A stretch of DNA of 64,000 bases, taken from Octopus vulgaris (Eukaryota). The position numbers and the translations under genes are program-made. A model generated the notes under the pieces. It saw only the letters and a program-made list of their open reading frames with translations, did no database searches and was not told the DNA's origin. The stretch lies in the NCBI GenBank assembly GCA_951406725.2, contig OX597832.1, forward strand, positions 62,806,001-62,870,000. Reading direction: 5' to 3'. This document shows, piece after piece, positions 41,591 to 59,410 of the stretch (the first letter of the stretch is position 1; each line of letters opens with the position of its first letter).

Positions 41591-41955
41591 ATGTGTGTAT
41601 GTATATGTGTGTGTGTATGTGTATATATATTTACACACACGCACACAAATATATATATATATATTTCTATTATGTATGTATATATACATACACATGCGTA
41701 TGCATATATGCAGTTGTCCGTGCGTTCTTCACTGCGCACATCTACGTTTTGGCCTTAGAGAATGTGAATGCATGTGTGTGTATATATGCATTATAGACGC
41801 ACATATATGTGTAATGCAAATATATGTGCGTCTATAGCACATATCTATACATGTAGACATTTTACGCAGGAAAATTTTTACATCAATGATTATTTTAAAA
41901 TTCCTAGATAGTATTCGCTATTCTCATAACTACTTGTCACATATGCATACATGCA

Positions 41956-42031
<76 letters not shown>

Positions 42032-42885
42032 ATGTATGTATGTATGTATGTATGTATGTATGTATGTATGTATGTATGCGTGTATGTGTATATATATATA
42101 TGTATGTATGTGTGCATGCGTGTGTTTGTGTTTACATATAAAGACGTACATTTATTTATGCATATAGATACGTTCATTTATTTATATATATAAGGAACTA
42201 TAATAATCCGATAACGGATATATTTTATATACATGAGATAAAGATTTCGTATGCTACAATTACTACAATATACTGCTTTCTTGATGCATATCGATGCATG
42301 CAGTTTTTGTAAATAGAACAAAGTTTATAACAACCGAATCTACGTAATTGTAAAACCAGCAGACGACAGATATGTATTGTATGTAAGAAGCCATTTTTAG
42401 ATTGGTAGAATTATGAAGATGTCTATAAAGGTAAGATCGTAATATGACTGACCGACACAGAATATTTTGCGAGTATTTGAAATTCTGGTAATAAATGTAA
42501 TATGTCCTATAATGTTAAGGTAAGGGACCATCCAGACCCGTGTTGGATTGTCTGCTATGATGGCCCAAACTCACACCATTCTCTTGAAACAGCAATCATT
42601 ATTTCTGTCAAATCAAACTCTATTATACATGCAGAAAATGTGTTGGAAAAGTTAACGGAAAGTGGTGTGTATTTGTTTTTGTGTCAATATGTGTGTGCGT
42701 GTGTGTGTGTATGTGTGTGTGTACATCTATACACTTATAAATATATACATGGATATGATTATATATTTATATGCACAAACAAACACAAACACCAACCACT
42801 TTCATTCCTATTTTCATTCCTCCACCTCACTCTCTACTTCGTATCTTATCTAAATTAACTATTGCTTAACCATATTCTCACACCT

Positions 42886-42931
42886 TCTCCGATGAAGAGA
42901 TATAATAAATATCCTAGAAACAGCTGTAAGA
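42886..42931 (+). ncRNA. Minimal hammerhead, U4C core, in PLE-type remnant ending at (TA)n
   Basis: ucu-CCGAUGA-agagauau aauaa auauccu-a-GAAAC-AGCU-GUA/aga. Confidence 0.6.
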
Positions 42932-42988
42932 CCTATTTATAAATGTTCTAAAATCAACACAACCTTGGTTTTTTATCTCATTACCGAA

Positions 42989-43036
<48 letters not shown>

Positions 43037-43038
<2 letters not shown>

Positions 43039-43246
43039 CGGGAAGCTTTATGAAAATAAACAAAAGACGAAGGCAGGTGGAATACAAACAAACAATTGTA
43101 TTAGTATGGCGCTCAGGAATATAAATAAAACAAGTCTTTTACGTTTCGAGCCTACGCTCTTCAACAGAAAGATACACAGAAAAGAAACACGGAGAGAATC
43201 AAGGAGAGAAAAAAATGCGTGCAGAAGCTAGCGATCCAACATGGCG

Positions 43247-43250
<4 letters not shown>
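43037..43250 (-). mobile_element. Short PLE-type element in (TA)n with HHR-like motif at 43136-43171 (core CUGUUGA)
   Basis: cuuu-CUGUUGA-a-gagc guag gcuc-GAAAC-GUA/aaag. Confidence 0.75.
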
Positions 43251-43309
<59 letters not shown>

Positions 43310-43312
43310 TAT

Positions 43313-43440
43313 GACTGCATTCGATAATAAAGCGAATGTTTTATACATGGTAGCTTAAGTAAAGCACGCTGTTCCGGTGCATCAGACGTGCGCATGTGTC
43401 TCTTCGGTGATAAATAGATATGACTAGTTAAAATAACAGG
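43313..43440 (-). mobile_element. Degenerate relative of the 1.7-kb HHR element
   Basis: gtctcttcgg.tgat.aata.atat.act.gttaaaataacag shared; CCGAAGA retained, GAAAC damaged. Confidence 0.55.
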
Positions 43441-43607
43441 TCGACCCCAAGACTTATTCTTTGTAAGCCTAATACTTATTCTATCGTTCTCTTAGCCGAG
43501 CCGTTAAGTTACGGGGACGTAAACACACCAGCATTGGTTGTCAAACGATGATGGAGGGACAAACACAGACATACAAACAAACACACACACACATACACAC
43601 ATACACA

Positions 43608-43683
<76 letters not shown>

Positions 43684-43849
43684 AATGAAGGGCTTCTTTC
43701 CAATTATCGTCTACCAAATCCACTCACGAGGCTTCAGTCGGCCCGAGGCTATATTAGAAACCACTTCCCCAAGGTGCCACGCAGTGGAACTGAATCCAGT
43801 ACCATGTGGTTGGTAAGCAAGATACTTACTACACAGCCACTCCTACGCC

Positions 43850-43850
<1 letters not shown>
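43440..43850 (-). mobile_element. SINE family B, tail missing
   Basis: Similarity to 7180-7525. Confidence 0.88.
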
Positions 43851-43918
<68 letters not shown>

Positions 43919-44017
43919 ACACTTTTATCTGCTGCAATATTTGCAACTTTTAATAAAGCCTGTCTTTGTATGAAACAATTTTACTAAAAACTAATCCATT
44001 CTTGTTGCTTCTTTCTC

Positions 44018-44051
<34 letters not shown>

Positions 44052-45044
44052 ATTATACACACAGTGCAGTATAGCAAGATAGATGTATGCATAGATGTAT
44101 GTCAACAAGCTTGTGTATTCGTTTATGAAAATATAGCCGCATACACAATATGTCTGCCACTAAATTTACGCTTCTCTTTACGTATGTGCATTCTGATACC
44201 TGCATCAATACATGCGTGTGTCCACGCGTATAGCAAAATCTATATAATTCTACACACGCATTTGCATATACGTGTATAGAAAAACATGCATGTATGAATC
44301 TCTCTCTCTCTCTATATATATATATATTATATATATATATATAGAGAGAGAGATAGATATATACATATACATATATATACATACACACACACACACACAC
44401 ACACATACGCACAAACGTATGCATATAGATATTTACCTGCATGGCGAAACTTGTCCGTGAGTGCCTTTCATTTATAGTCTCAATCTAGGTGTTGTGTTTA
44501 TTTGTTCTGTCATGTTTATTGATGGAGAGAGATTCCAGACTTTATATTTCAGAATTTACATTTAGATTTTTAGATATAAATGAAAATAAAAATAAAAATA
44601 TTTAAAATATTACTTCTAATGATTCACTAACAGTTTTGTTTTGTAGATGGTGTTTTGCGGTTGGAGGTGGTAGTGATGTTGGCGGGGGCTTTGCTTATCG
44701 TTGTATTTATATTTTTGTATGTGTGCTTTTTACTGTTATCATCGGTAAACAGAAAGAGTATAGTTTAGTATCTCTGCCCTAAAGGATAGATACGAGTTTG
44801 GTTTGGTGCCATATAGTTTACACGAATAATAAACACGGACCAGTTTCCTAACGAATGAATATAATTTACAGAGTGAAGTGAGCTGATAAAATAGCGCCAA
44901 GCAATTCAATTCGCCTACTTAAGTTTCTATCACGATGCGCTTGATTTACACAAAACTGTATATCGATACACATCGAGTTTCCCCCCCATATTCTCTCTCC
45001 CCCTCTCTTTCTCTTTGCCTTGCCTCTTTCTACTCTCTTCCTGC

Positions 45045-45084
<40 letters not shown>

Positions 45085-45112
45085 ATATATACGCACATGT
45101 ATACATACATAC

Positions 45113-45159
<47 letters not shown>

Positions 45160-46094
45160 TATATGTATATATACATATATGAATATACACATCCATATAT
45201 GTGTATGTATATATATATATACACATACATACACACAATACACACACAACACACACACATACACACACACATATGTATAGATATCTAGCTATACATATAT
45301 GTATATATATAAAAGTAAGCCTAGCTAGCTAACGATATCTCACTCTGTTTGTAATCTTTTCACAGGCTGTAAAAGGAAAGGTTGGGTTAGTGTAAGTGGG
45401 CGGCGACGGAGGAGTAGAAGGAGGAGAGATGAAATTGGAACGGAGTTGGAGGTTCTCGGTTATCCTCAGAGCATTAGCGGCGTAAATGGAGTGAAATGGT
45501 TTCAACAGATTATTCAAACGGGGTTATAGAATCGTCTTGCCAATGCTGTGTGTACAGAGTGTGTCTGCGATTCGGTGGGTATTGATTTCCATTCACTCGG
45601 CACAACACTCATTATATTCCAACATTGGAGAACGGGAAATGTGTTGACCGTAATATCTTTACAAAAGTGAGTTAGTGATGGTGGTCGTGGTTGGGAGAGG
45701 CGCTGCTGAATTAATATATTTACTTTCCATCTCTGTCCCTATCTCTCTCTGTGTTTCTCTATGTTTCGATATAGACACCTGGACGCACGCGCACACACAC
45801 ATGCACACACACACACAGACACACACACACGAACACACACAAACACACACACATACATATACGGATACATGTTCCGTCCAACGCACACACACTCCATCGC
45901 ACACCCACAAACATACCCAAGGGTTGTACTAAGATTAATACGAAACTGAGCATAGCATATTTATTAACTGACTTAACGTATTAATTGACATAACGCATTT
46001 ATCAATCGACAACGGTCGTGCAAATTTCACATGTTAATAAAGCAAAAATTGCATCTCTATTGTAACACTTCCTGTTCTTCTTCATTACAGGCAA

Positions 46095-46594
46095 ATAATT
46101 AGTTCCAAGTAGAAGCAGCACGCCGCCATTGAGTTCTCGCTGAAAGAGGTCTGCAAGTTGTCCAACATCCACAGGAGACTAAAGGTGTTGGGGGCTTATT
46201 TTTTTCTGTTTTTGTTCTTTTTCTGTAGATGATATCTGACGCGGGTAATTGCACAAATGGCTGAAGAAGCTAAAAGAAAGAGAGTACCATCTTTGAAAAC
46301 AAACCACACACTAAGGAGGCCATCAAGTGGGACTATTTTCACACGAATCGTCAGCGAATGGACAATTTGAATGTTATTCTTTTACTTGTTTCTGTCATTT
46401 GACTCTGGCCATGCTGGAGCACCGCCTTTAGTCGAGCAAATCGACCCCAGGAATTATTCTTTGTAAGCCTAGTACCTATTCTATCGGTCGCTTGCGCCGA
46501 ACCACTAAGTCACAGGGATGTAAACACACCACCAGCGGTTGTCAAGCAATGTTGGGGGACAAACACAAACACATAAACACACACACATACATAC

Positions 46595-46639
<45 letters not shown>

Positions 46640-46845
46640 CATACATATATACGACAGGCTTCTTTCGGTTTCCGTCTACCAAATCCACTGACAAGGCTTT
46701 GGTCGGCCTGAGGCTATAGTAGAAGACACTTGCTTAAGGTACCACGCAGTGGGAATGAACCCGGAACCACGTGGTTTGTAAGCAAGCTACTTACCACACA
46801 ACCGCTCCTGCGGACAAACGCGTCAGAATCCTTGAGCTTGTGATA
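46095..46845 (+). mobile_element. Degenerate mariner transposase N-terminal fragment interrupted by SINE B (46378-46811, minus)
   Basis: KQHAAIEF..SNIHRRLKVLG..WLKKLK resembles the mariner HTH N-terminus (QRAVIEFL..IHRRL..VYG). Confidence 0.55.
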
Positions 46846-46991
46846 TAACTACACAGCAATCGCAATGTAATAATTATAAAAAGACAAGGAAGTAATTTTA
46901 TTTTCAAACGCAGAATAATGTTAATAATATAACATGAACAGGATGGCGGTGCCCCAGCATGGGGCACAGCTCATGAGCTGAAACTAGATGG

Positions 46992-47130
46992 AGAAGAAGA
47001 AGAAGAAGAAGAAGAAGAAGAAGAAGAAGAAGAAGAAGAAGAAGAAGAAGAAGAAGAAGAAGAAGAAGAAGAAGAAGAAGAAGAAGAAGAAGAAGAAGAA
47101 GAAGAAGAAGAAGAAGAAGAAGAAGAAGAA
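46992..47130 (+). repeat. (GAA)n tract following a retroelement 3' tail (46945-46990)
   Basis: ggcggtgccccagcatgg..gctgaaactaga then a pure GAA run. Confidence 0.85.
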
Positions 47131-47580
47131 ACTACCCATATTCTGCAAAATATGGATAGTTTATCCCGTACATGCTATTTCCTTGTCTTTCAATACATCT
47201 CAACGCTTCTAAAATAAACCTTGTTTACTTTCGTCGTAATTTGAATATAGTAATTATAGAATTTGGTGGAAGATTTGGGGTGTCAGTAAGTGTGTGTAAA
47301 GCAGATACCTCGACAGTTGGCACCAAATTTTAAGGAGAGATGTGTAGAAGTTTGCTCTCATCTGCCTTTGAAGCCAATGAAGAAGTTTTTGTTTCTGATC
47401 TGTTTAAAGAGGTTAAAATGTGAGCGTGTGATGTAGAAACGAAGGTTCAGTCTTTAGAATGGAGTCACAGAAGAAGCAGAACTAGAATCTGAGCATGTAT
47501 GTCCCCATTTTTCTTCATGTTCATATCGATAGGCCTATATATGAATATAACGGTATATTTATGTTTTATAAGTATGTATG

Positions 47581-47624
<44 letters not shown>

Positions 47625-47674
47625 CACACACACATATTTAGATGTAAGTATGAACATATACATATATGCATATA

Positions 47675-48920
47675 TCAGGTCATCCCATAAGTTCTCTCCG
47701 AATTTTGAATAAACAAAACAAGTGATCAAATATTATATTTAATTAAAATTTAATCATCAATGTACTTTTCCTCATTATCTATGAATTCCTTCCAGCTATT
47801 TACAAGCTTTTTAATCCCATAAATGTAAAACTCTTTTGGTTTCTGAAATATCAGTTTCGACCTCCTCCTGGCTTGCGAAAGTTATGTCCCCCAAATGATT
47901 CTGTAAACTACGAAACAAATGGTAGCCTCAAGAAACAAGGTCGGGAGAATAATGTGGATGAGTAAATTTTTCTCAACCAAGCTCTTCGATCTTCTGTGAT
48001 GTGATCTTTGCAGTGTGGGAGCGCGCATTGTCCTGATAAAACATCACTCCTTTTCGATTCACTAAAGCGGGTCTTTTTTTCTTCAAAGCTTGGTTCAAAC
48101 GCTCTAATTGCTGACAGTGGACTTGAGCATTGATTGGTAACAATTCAAAGTGAATTACTCCTTTGCAATCGCACCAGATAGAGAGAAGAAACTTTTTCCC
48201 ATGAGGTTCACTTCTCGGTTATGGTTGAGCTTTTTCCCTTTTACCGAGCCACAGTTTACGACGTTTAACATTTCGATAGAAGATCCATTTTTCGTCACCA
48301 GTCACAAGTCTATCCAAAAAGGGTGAAATGAGTTCGCAAGAATGGAGAGAAAATCAGATGTCAACTCGGGATATGTGGTTGCTTTCGGACAATTCATGAG
48401 GCACACATATTCCAAGTTTAGGAACCTTTCCAAGTCGTTGACGATGAGGATGAACGGTTGTATGATTTGAACTAAGCTTTATTGCCAATTCTTCAACTGA
48501 TAATGCATGATTTACTTCAAGTAATGCCTCAAGGAGCTTATCATCAAACTCAACTGGATGTCCTGTTTGATTTTCATCTTCAAGGCTGAAATCTCCTCTT
48601 CTGAATTTTGCAAACCATCTTCTGCGAGTTCTTTCATTCAAGCATTCTTTCCCATAAACTAAGTGTATGTTTCGAGTCGCTTCAAATGCAGAGTTTCCTT
48701 TTCTGTACTCATAAAGCATTATGTGCCTCAAATGCTCTTTGGATGCTTCCATGTTAGAAAGGGATTTAATCAAAGAAATTTTAATTCTATTATTCTTATA
48801 ATAATATTTAATTAGTTTAAATGTACATAAATGCTAATTCCATTAGACATTCTAAAATACTATTAATTTCATTCAATTTAAAAAAAGGTAAAATCGGACA
48901 GAACTTATAGGATGACGTGA
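47675..48920 (-). mobile_element. Full-length decayed mariner (DD34D type); pseudo-transposase 47750-48752
   Basis: TIRs TCAGGTCATCCCATAAGTTCTCTCCGA / TCGGACAGAACTTATAGGATGACGTGA, TA on both sides; MEASKEHLRHIMLYEY.., CVPHEL (WVPHEL), VTGDEKW motifs; frameshifts; catalytic spacing not counted. Confidence 0.93.
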
Positions 48921-48953
48921 TATATATCTTAGTATTATGTATGTGTATATATG

Positions 48954-49014
<61 letters not shown>

Positions 49015-49022
49015 CAGAGGGG

Positions 49023-49124
<102 letters not shown>

Positions 49125-49397
49125 TGTGTGAGATTGGTGCAGAGTTGAGAAGAGAATCTAAGTATTGGAAGAGAAGCGTTGAGACAAGAAGGAAAAGAGA
49201 CAAAGAGAGGGAGATAGAGAAAGAGACGAAGAGTGAAATCGGAGTCCTACAATAAATATTTACACATGACTGGAGCAAGTACAACTTTCCTTTTTTTCGT
49301 ATTGTAACCATAAAAGTACACGTTTACATATATATACAGAGACACACACACATATATATATAAATCATATATATGTGGTTGTGTATATATATGTATG

Positions 49398-49461
<64 letters not shown>

Positions 49462-49995
49462 TATATATAAATATATATATAATTTATATTCATAATTTTA
49501 TATATATATATATGATTAATTATAAACAGATATATTCACATGTGTGTATGTATGTGTGTGTGTACATATATATGTTGTTTATAGATAGCTTGATAGATAA
49601 ATAGAAAGAATGGTAGGTAGAAAGATTGATATACATACATAGACAATTGTAGAGTTAGAGGCAATATAGATGCATACATACATTCATACATACGAGCATA
49701 CATACAAACAAGCATACATATATACAATACATACATACATAAACACACTGTTGCATTAATTATACCAACACGTCGATGCTAAATTTGTGATAAAGTATAA
49801 TCTGTCGTATGTTTCATAAAGCGCCACAACTTGACATCGTCTGCCTGTCGTCTTATCAATCAACTTCAGTAAATAGCGAAGTCATAAGATTTCAACGTAA
49901 AATATTTGACTTCCATCAACGGTAACTGATTCCATTTTGAAGGAAATTATTCTTACCAAACTCCATCCATCCATCTCTCTCTTTCCCTCTCTCTT

Positions 49996-50035
<40 letters not shown>

Positions 50036-50184
50036 TCTTTAACTATCTATCTATCTCTATCTATCCATCTCTCTTGTACGTATTGCGTTGCACACACCCA
50101 GGTCACACAAAGCCGCGTATTTTCGTGAAAGCATTCGATGAAAATAAAACTGCAGACCAACAACAACAACATCAATAATAATAA

Positions 50185-50383
50185 TCCTTTCTACTCTAGG
50201 CACAAGGCCTGAAATTTGGTGCAGCAGGTTAGTCGATTACTCAACTGGTACTTATTTTATAGATACCGAAAGGATGAAAAGCAAGGTCATCTTCGGAGGT
50301 ATTTGAACTCAGAACGTAAAGACGTTCAAAATGCCGTTAAGCAATTCGTCCAGCATGCTAACGATTCTGTCATCTCACCGCCT

Positions 50384-50385
<2 letters not shown>
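50185..50385 (-). mobile_element. SINE family A
   Basis: Similarity to 26730-26945. Confidence 0.85.
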
Positions 50386-50454
<69 letters not shown>

Positions 50455-50455
<1 letters not shown>

Positions 50456-50851
50456 TAAAGATCTTGAAATAGGAATTGGCAAAATGTAGGACCTCGAGAC
50501 TAAAACAATACATGCTGTCATAGGTACCCTAGGAATGATAGCAAAAAAAGCTGATTGCTACCAAGCTCAGATACCAGGAAACCCTAAAATGGCAGAAATT
50601 CAAGAGGTAGTGCTCATGGGAACTGCTCATATCCTACGCAAAATATTGTCAATGTAATCTGAAATTTTAAAACAAACTCATAATTTTCTTATGTTTTCTT
50701 AAACATTCTCTAGAATAATACTATGTGCAAAACGAAATATACGGCACCCTAGGCATAACACCAACATGAACTTCTAACTTGTTGCCTCTTGAGGTCTCTG
50801 GGTGAGACTTGGAGCCAACTTGTACAAATGCAAAGCAAAAGTCGAACATAA

Positions 50852-50852
<1 letters not shown>
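50455..50852 (+). mobile_element. 5'-truncated R4/Dong-like element (second family) in (TAA)n
   Basis: YKDLEIGIGKM*DL..AVIGTLG..EIQEVVLMGTAHILRKILSM* plus 3'UTR; (TAA)n on both sides. Confidence 0.85.
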
Positions 50853-50923
<71 letters not shown>

Positions 50924-51159
50924 CTTTTTACGATAGGTAGAAAGCTTGAAATTTCGAGTGGAGAGGGCGCCAGTCGATTACATCAACCACAGTACTTGAC
51001 CCATACTTATTTTACCGACTCGGAAAAGATGAAAGTAGAACCCGGTGTGGTTTGAACGTGGATTGCGAAGAACCGAAAGAAATGTGGCAAGGCAACATAT
51101 CCAACGCTCTTAACTATTTTACCAGCTCATCGCCATAACGGCAGCGGCAGAAGCAACAC

Positions 51160-51200
<41 letters not shown>

Positions 51201-51704
51201 AACCCTAGTTCTGCGTTCTTGATAAGCCACAAACTCGTCGTATCGTACCATAATGCATTGCAGCGCATTATTTCGAATTATTATTCTGAGAAGGCTGTAG
51301 TAAATACTACGGAAGACATCAACGAATGCAATAATACAAAATAAAATATCGGTAAACGCCAGTGACTCTAAGGATTGTATACAATAGCTAATATGATATC
51401 TTGTTTACGCTAATGCAACCACTTTGCAACATTCCTAAGCAACATCCACAGAGATATTATAGCCCCATAGCGTTTTCATAGATAAATACAATTTACTTAT
51501 TTGATTTCAGAAAACAAGCCTGCTAGCAACAACTTTACATTGAATTAGACAATTTTTACTGAGACTAAATCCGGCAATGCGACTTACGTCAATTCCTGTT
51601 GAGACATTAACTACATTCTATGCGTTTTCTATTTGTTAACTATCGGTGGATGTGTCTAATGAGAGCTACACCACTATCAAGATGTGTGTGTGTGAATATG
51701 TATG

Positions 51705-51762
<58 letters not shown>

Positions 51763-51862
51763 TGTATACATATATATATATAGGTATAAATACATATATA
51801 TATGAGGGTAATAGAAAGAGACATTTATATGCATACATATATATGTGTGTATATATCTATAT

Positions 51863-51939
<77 letters not shown>

Positions 51940-52081
51940 TGTATGTATGTATGTAGCTATCGGTGTACATACACATACATAGATTTGTGAATATTATATA
52001 TTCAATATTATATATTCAATATTATATTGTGTTATAGTTACACGTCATTGAATATACAATATATTTGCACATGCGCAAGAA

Positions 52082-52231
<150 letters not shown>

Positions 52232-52728
52232 CGGGATCGGATACTCATAAACCAACGGTTTTCTGGTGGAATAAATTAATAACGAATGGTGTCTCGGAAG
52301 AATATTAAACTTGCAAAACGTTCTGTAATTTCATCAACGAACACCAGCAGACGTTGCACACATATAAGGGAATGGCAGTCCATTCACGTAGCGAGCAGAA
52401 ATTTGAGCAACAAGCCAGGAATGGACTGCGCACGAGATTAAGAGGTCGGAGAATTTATACGAACCGTACTCTAGAGCAACAAATTGCCTAACGAACGGTT
52501 TTACTGAAGAATAGCCTATTCAGCCAGCGAGCTGGAATTTGAACAACAAACCACGGATATATTGCACACGCATGTAAATGGCCTAGAACGCGGTCCACAT
52601 ACAATTCCATCATCCCTACGTACGCATTTCATGAAGCTCGCAAATGTCTTGCATGCTATTTCTCATAATTTTTGCAAAAAAACTCGACAATGGGTCAACA
52701 GAAGTTAGACGGAGGAAAATATGCATGT

Positions 52729-52794
<66 letters not shown>

Positions 52795-52805
52795 ATATAT
52801 GTGTA

Positions 52806-52842
<37 letters not shown>

Positions 52843-52847
52843 GTATG

Positions 52848-52910
<63 letters not shown>

Positions 52911-52949
52911 GTATATATATATATATGTGTGTTTATGTATGTATATATA

Positions 52950-52987
<38 letters not shown>

Positions 52988-52991
<4 letters not shown>

Positions 52992-53266
52992 ACGGACGGG
53001 ATGCCGAAGGACAAGAAACCGAACGGACACTATGCCGAATGTACATAAAGCCGAATAGATAAGATGCCGAAAAGATATAAGAAAATTAAAATATAATCTC
53101 GTTAAATCTTAAATGCCAAATTAGTGAATTGGGCATTAAACTATGTATTTAGGGCGGGTTTTTTTTATATAATTATTGTGTCCGTTCGGCATTATGTCCG
53201 TTCTATTTCTTGGCTTCGGCTTCTTGTCCTTCGGCAAAAGTGCATTCGGCATCTTGTCCGCATAAG
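52988..53266. mobile_element. Foldback-like MITE with inverted arrays of ~15-bp units (GGACA.NATGCCGAA)
   Basis: About five direct units at 52993-53070 and about five inverted units at 53179-53260; (TA)n flanks. Confidence 0.7.
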
Positions 53267-53345
53267 ATGTATATATATCTATATCTATATCTATCTATCT
53301 ATATATATATCTATCTATCTATCTATCTATATATCTATCTATCTA

Positions 53346-53404
<59 letters not shown>

Positions 53405-53410
<6 letters not shown>

Positions 53411-54059
53411 GATATAGGATAAAAAATTTTTCGGGAAAAAATTTTTATCAATGGCCAGCATATCAAAAAATGCCTTTAAAGGTAAAGTTTATGCATAATT
53501 TACAAGATAATGGCAGAAGAAAAATTCTAATGCCAGATACGCCGAAACAAAAAAATTGTCGATAACCATTGAATTTATACGTCTCGAAACAAACCGATAG
53601 AAAACTCTAAAAAACTCGTTATTACCGTATTGGTCCAATTTCGGGGTTAATTCACAAGAAATTTTCCCCTCTTCAGCGGCACATACGCGAGATATAAATG
53701 AAATACTTATTCATACCCACGGAAGAAGCAAGCACCAAGTCCCGAGCAGACTTAAGTACCCCAAATATATCCAAATAGAAAAATCTTAGGCGCACCTCGA
53801 GACACGCGTGATTCGAACTAGAAACTTTCACAGAGTGATAGAATCCGGAAGTGAAACACTAATCTATTTATAATTGATATAGGATAAAAAAATTTTCGGG
53901 AAAAATGCCAGCATTACCGAAATTGGACCAATACGGTAATAACGAATTTTTTAGAGATTTCTATCGGTTTTGTTTCGAGACGCATACATTTAATGGTTAT
54001 CGACAATTTTTTTGTTTCGGCGTATCTGGCATTAGAATTTTTCTTCTGCCCTTATCTTG

Positions 54060-54064
<5 letters not shown>
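53405..54064 (-). mobile_element. Non-coding retrozyme-like/PLE mini-element: ~465-nt unit, terminal redundancy, 5' inverted arm
   Basis: 53405-53461 repeated (with deletion) at 53868-53913; 53916-54064 is the inverse of 53497-53643; same family as 9492-10038; (TA)n flanks. Confidence 0.87.
53623..53681 (-). ncRNA. Type I hammerhead ribozyme, canonical core
   Basis: ugccg-CUGAAGA-gggg..cccc-GAAA-uugg a ccaa-UA/cggua; compensatory changes relative to the 9815-9873 copy. Confidence 0.88.
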
Positions 54065-54107
<43 letters not shown>

Positions 54108-54145
54108 TACATACATACATACATACATACATACATACATACATA

Positions 54146-54948
54146 CAGGGCGCGGTGAATAAATTATCGTCTAAATTATGCAAAAGTGAAAACAACACTG
54201 ATATCTCATTTCTACTAAAATTTCATTAAAATGTCTTGAAATACTAAACAGTAAATTTATTCAATAAAACCGCCATTGGCATCAACTACGACTTCCAAAT
54301 GACTTCGGAATTTCCTACAATTCTTCTGGGCGGTCTTCTTCTTTCAGTTGGTGAATGTTGCTATAATCCTTGCCTTTAATTCATCCTTGGTGTTACAAGG
54401 AGTTTTGTCGGTCTCTCGCTCAACTGTGCCCCACATATAATAATCAAGGGGCTTGCCGTATGGGGAGTTAGGTGGCCAGATGTTTGTGGTATAGTTGTTG
54501 CAGAAATTGTCTGACAGCCATGACTGGGTTCTCCTGCTTGTATAGCATGGGGCAGAGTCCTGTTGCCAGACATAGGGTCTTCCAGCAGCCACCCTCTTGA
54601 AAAGACAGCAGTACCTCTTCCAGGCACTTGATGTAAGCCTCCGTGTTGAGTCTGAGGCCTTGTGGGAAGATGAATGGAGGCATAACATCACCATCACTAG
54701 TGATCACTCCAAACATTATGATGTTGACTGGATGTTTGATTTTTATCACCCTCGGTACATGTTTTGGGAACGCGGCAAGCCAACGGTTGTTCTGTACATT
54801 CACCACCTGATCATGACAGAAATTTTTCTCGTCTGAGAAAAATCAAAGTATGTTCGGTCGGAGGGTATGCATGAGTTTGTTCAAGAGCTTCGTAGCGCGG
54901 TCTTCCTTGATTGCTTCGAATAAAAATTGGCACTTTCTCACCTTGTAT
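54146..54948 (-). mobile_element. maT-like (DD37D) transposon, 3' half
   Basis: SDEKNFC..WQQDSAP..(37 aa)..PLDYY; probable TIR cagggcgcggtgaataaattatc preceded by TA; frameshifts. Confidence 0.88.
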
Positions 54949-54962
54949 ATAGATATATATAT

Positions 54963-55190
54963 GTGTGTGTGTGACTCCTCTGTCCGGCATTCACCATGAT
55001 AGATCGCTAACTTAACCTTTTCTATTTTTTCTCCCTGTTTATTTCTGTGTTCCTTTCTGTCCAAGAGCGTAGGCTCGAAACGTAAAAGACTTTCTCACTT
55101 CCCGAGCGTTAAACTAATACATCTGTTTGTTTGTTTACACACTTGTCTTCGTTTTTTTTTTTTGTTTTTGTTTTTTTGTAAATTCTCACT
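54963..55190 (+). mobile_element. Short PLE-type element with HHR-like motif at 55053-55088 (core CUGUCCA)
   Basis: Third copy of the 8.2-kb/43.1-kb family. Confidence 0.72.
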
Positions 55191-55191
55191 A

Positions 55192-55242
<51 letters not shown>

Positions 55243-55390
55243 CGTCAACATGATTTATAAACTTTGTGGAATATATATAAGTGTGTGTGTGTGTGTGTAT
55301 TTGTATACCCCTAGATAGACATTGATATATAGATTATATATATGTATATAGATGTATAAATACATGTATATGTATATATATTTATATATA

Positions 55391-55638
55391 CTGGGTTGGT
55401 GCATAATTATTGTGGCTTTTTTTTTTCAAATATTATTCAGCAAAAACAATTACAATATGTAACAAAAACATCTTTATATGACGGTCTGACCGTCTGCCAA
55501 GCATATGGGAAGCAGTAATTGAAGTAAATAGTGAATATGCTCCAAAATAATCATTTAATGGTGACTTTATTACAAGTTATTGTTTTTGTCGAATAAAATT
55601 TGTTGAAAAAAAGCCGCAATAATTATGCACCTACCCAA
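55391..55638 (+). mobile_element. Internally deleted mariner (MITE)
   Basis: TIRs CTGGGTTGGTGCATAATTATTGTGGCTTTTTT / AAAAAAGCCGCAATAATTATGCACCTACCCAA, TA TSD, residual RLPSIWEAVIEVNSEY*. Confidence 0.88.
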
Positions 55639-55809
55639 TATACATACATACATGCATACAAACATCCATCCATCCATCCATACATACATACATACATACA
55701 TACATACATACATACATACATACATACATACATACATACATACATACATACATACATACATTCAGACATTCAGACATAGTTATAGTTTTAAAAAGTTTGA
55801 ATACGTAAT

Positions 55810-59410
<3,601 letters not shown>

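Noticed and set aside
52250-52720. Possible Merlin/ISXO2-like transposase remnant on minus
   Set aside because: Only vague Cys/Trp spacing; needs a translated search
52988-53266. CRISPR-like array
   Set aside because: Units abut without unique spacers, are inverted at the two ends, and the context is eukaryotic
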